Shown in pieces: positions 63,113-64,000 of a stretch of 64,000 nucleotides of DNA; the first letter of the stretch is position 1, and each line of letters starts with the position of its first letter. The DNA is from a bacterium (lineage in GTDB: Bacteria; Electryoneota; JAOADG01). Made by a program: the position numbers and the translations under genes. The DNA is taken from the NCBI GenBank assembly GCA_963681965.1, contig OY820579.1, positions 2,656,001-2,720,000 of the forward strand. The letters run 5' to 3'. The notes beneath the pieces were generated by a model. That model ran no database searches, was not told the origin of the DNA, and saw nothing but the letters and a program-made list of their open reading frames with translations.

Positions 63113-64000
63113 ATGAAAATTTTCAACTTGCGAATCGCTTTCACGGTATTCGGTATTGTGCTTCCTTGCTTGTTATGCGCGAATCCCATCGTGCGAATCG
63201 AGTATTTTATCGACTCCGATCCGGGTTGGCATCAAGCAACGAGCTTGCCTAGTACGACTGCGGATAGTATTTCGATCAGTTCCACGATACCTGTGAACGG
63301 GTTGGCGCTGGGAATGCACACAGTAGGATTCCGTGCAATCGACAATAACGATGTGTCCAGCGCTCCCTTTTTTCGAAGTTTCTGGATCGATCGTGTCATA
63401 GCGACTCCACACGTTGTTCAAATCGAATACTTCATCGATCGCGATCCGGGTTATGGCAATGGCATTAGTCCCACTTTCGAACAAGGTAGCTCAGTCGGTG
63501 TTAGCTTATGTGTTGCCACCGATACGCTTTCAATCGGAATGCATGTATTGGTCGTACGAGTACGTGCCGCCGATAACCGGTGGAGTACTTCTTTCAACAG
63601 ACCATTCTGGGTAGAACCGATTCGGTCGGAAAAAAGCGTTGTAGCTGCAGAGTACTATGTCGACCGAGACCCGGGCGTTGGTCAGGCAATACCGTATCCG
63701 GTTATCCCAAATGTCGAAGTCAATCAGTCATTTGTTCTAGCAACCGATACTCTGTCACCGGGCCTTCATCTGTTTGGAATGAGATTTCGTGACAGCAGTG
63801 GAAACTGGACAATAGCTTTACAAAAAGGCTTCTGGGTAGAACGGATCCATTCGGTCGCTTCGGTTAATGCAGCCGAATATTACATCGATTCCGATCCCGG
63901 GTTCAATCTGGCAACGTCTATTCCGGTGGTCGCAGGAGAATCCGCTACTATTCCGTTTACCGCACTATTGAGCGGTCAAGCAAATGGCAATCATGAATTG
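63113..64000 (+). CDS. Secreted EYFIDxDPG-repeat protein; runs off the right edge
   Basis: Absent from the ORF track (no stop in the window). ATG 63113 after GAGG; MKIFNLRIAFTVFGIVLPCLLCA then repeats EYFIDSDPGW, EYFIDRDPGY, EYYVDRDPGV and EYYIDSDPGF. Confidence 0.88.
   Translation, partial: MKIFNLRIAFTVFGIVLPCLLCANPIVRIEYFIDSDPGWHQATSLPSTTADSISISSTIPVNGLALGMHTVGFRAIDNNDVSSAPFFRSFWIDRVIATPHVVQIEYFIDRDPGYGNGISPTFEQGSSVGVSLCVATDTLSIGMHVLVVRVRAADNRWSTSFNRPFWVEPIRSEKSVVAAEYYVDRDPGVGQAIPYPVIPNVEVNQSFVLATDTLSPGLHLFGMRFRDSSGNWTIALQKGFWVERIHSVASVNAAEYYIDSDPGFNLATSIPVVAGESATIPFTALLSGQANGNHEL

Overview
Bacterial chromosomal window rich in large secreted multidomain proteins. Clear Shine-Dalgarno sites, a GH97 and a 'YPNPFN'-type T9SS-like C-terminal domain suggest, by inference only, a non-Bacteroidota member of the FCB superphylum. 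In order it contains: two tandem S8 subtilases with different C-terminal arrays (the first runs off the left edge); a multi-PAS hybrid kinase; a GH97; an XRE-regulated three-gene unit; a TlpA; an ECF-sigma / zinc anti-sigma / TPR-CHAT (caspase-like) module whose CHAT gene is split by two nested IS3-family elements; a complete kdpFABCDE operon; a ~3260-aa beta-helix/Ig T9SS-type protein next to a soluble TPR-kinase-REC-AraC regulator; a LamG protein; and an rsgA with a leader-peptide/attenuator-like 5' region. The most striking unexplained pattern is a two-gene module present twice (26.7-22.2 kb and 62.1->64 kb) plus a decayed third copy (19.9-20.4 kb). A secreted beta-helix protein ending in a conserved two-strand tail is followed by a secreted protein starting with four 'EY(F/Y)IDxDPGxG' repeats. 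I infer these could be Ig folds lacking their first strands, i.e. a split-domain scaffold. Four unrelated genes also end in the same FN3-like 'YYRVT' domain, a candidate sorting or anchoring signal. No rRNA, tRNA or CRISPR array was recognised.
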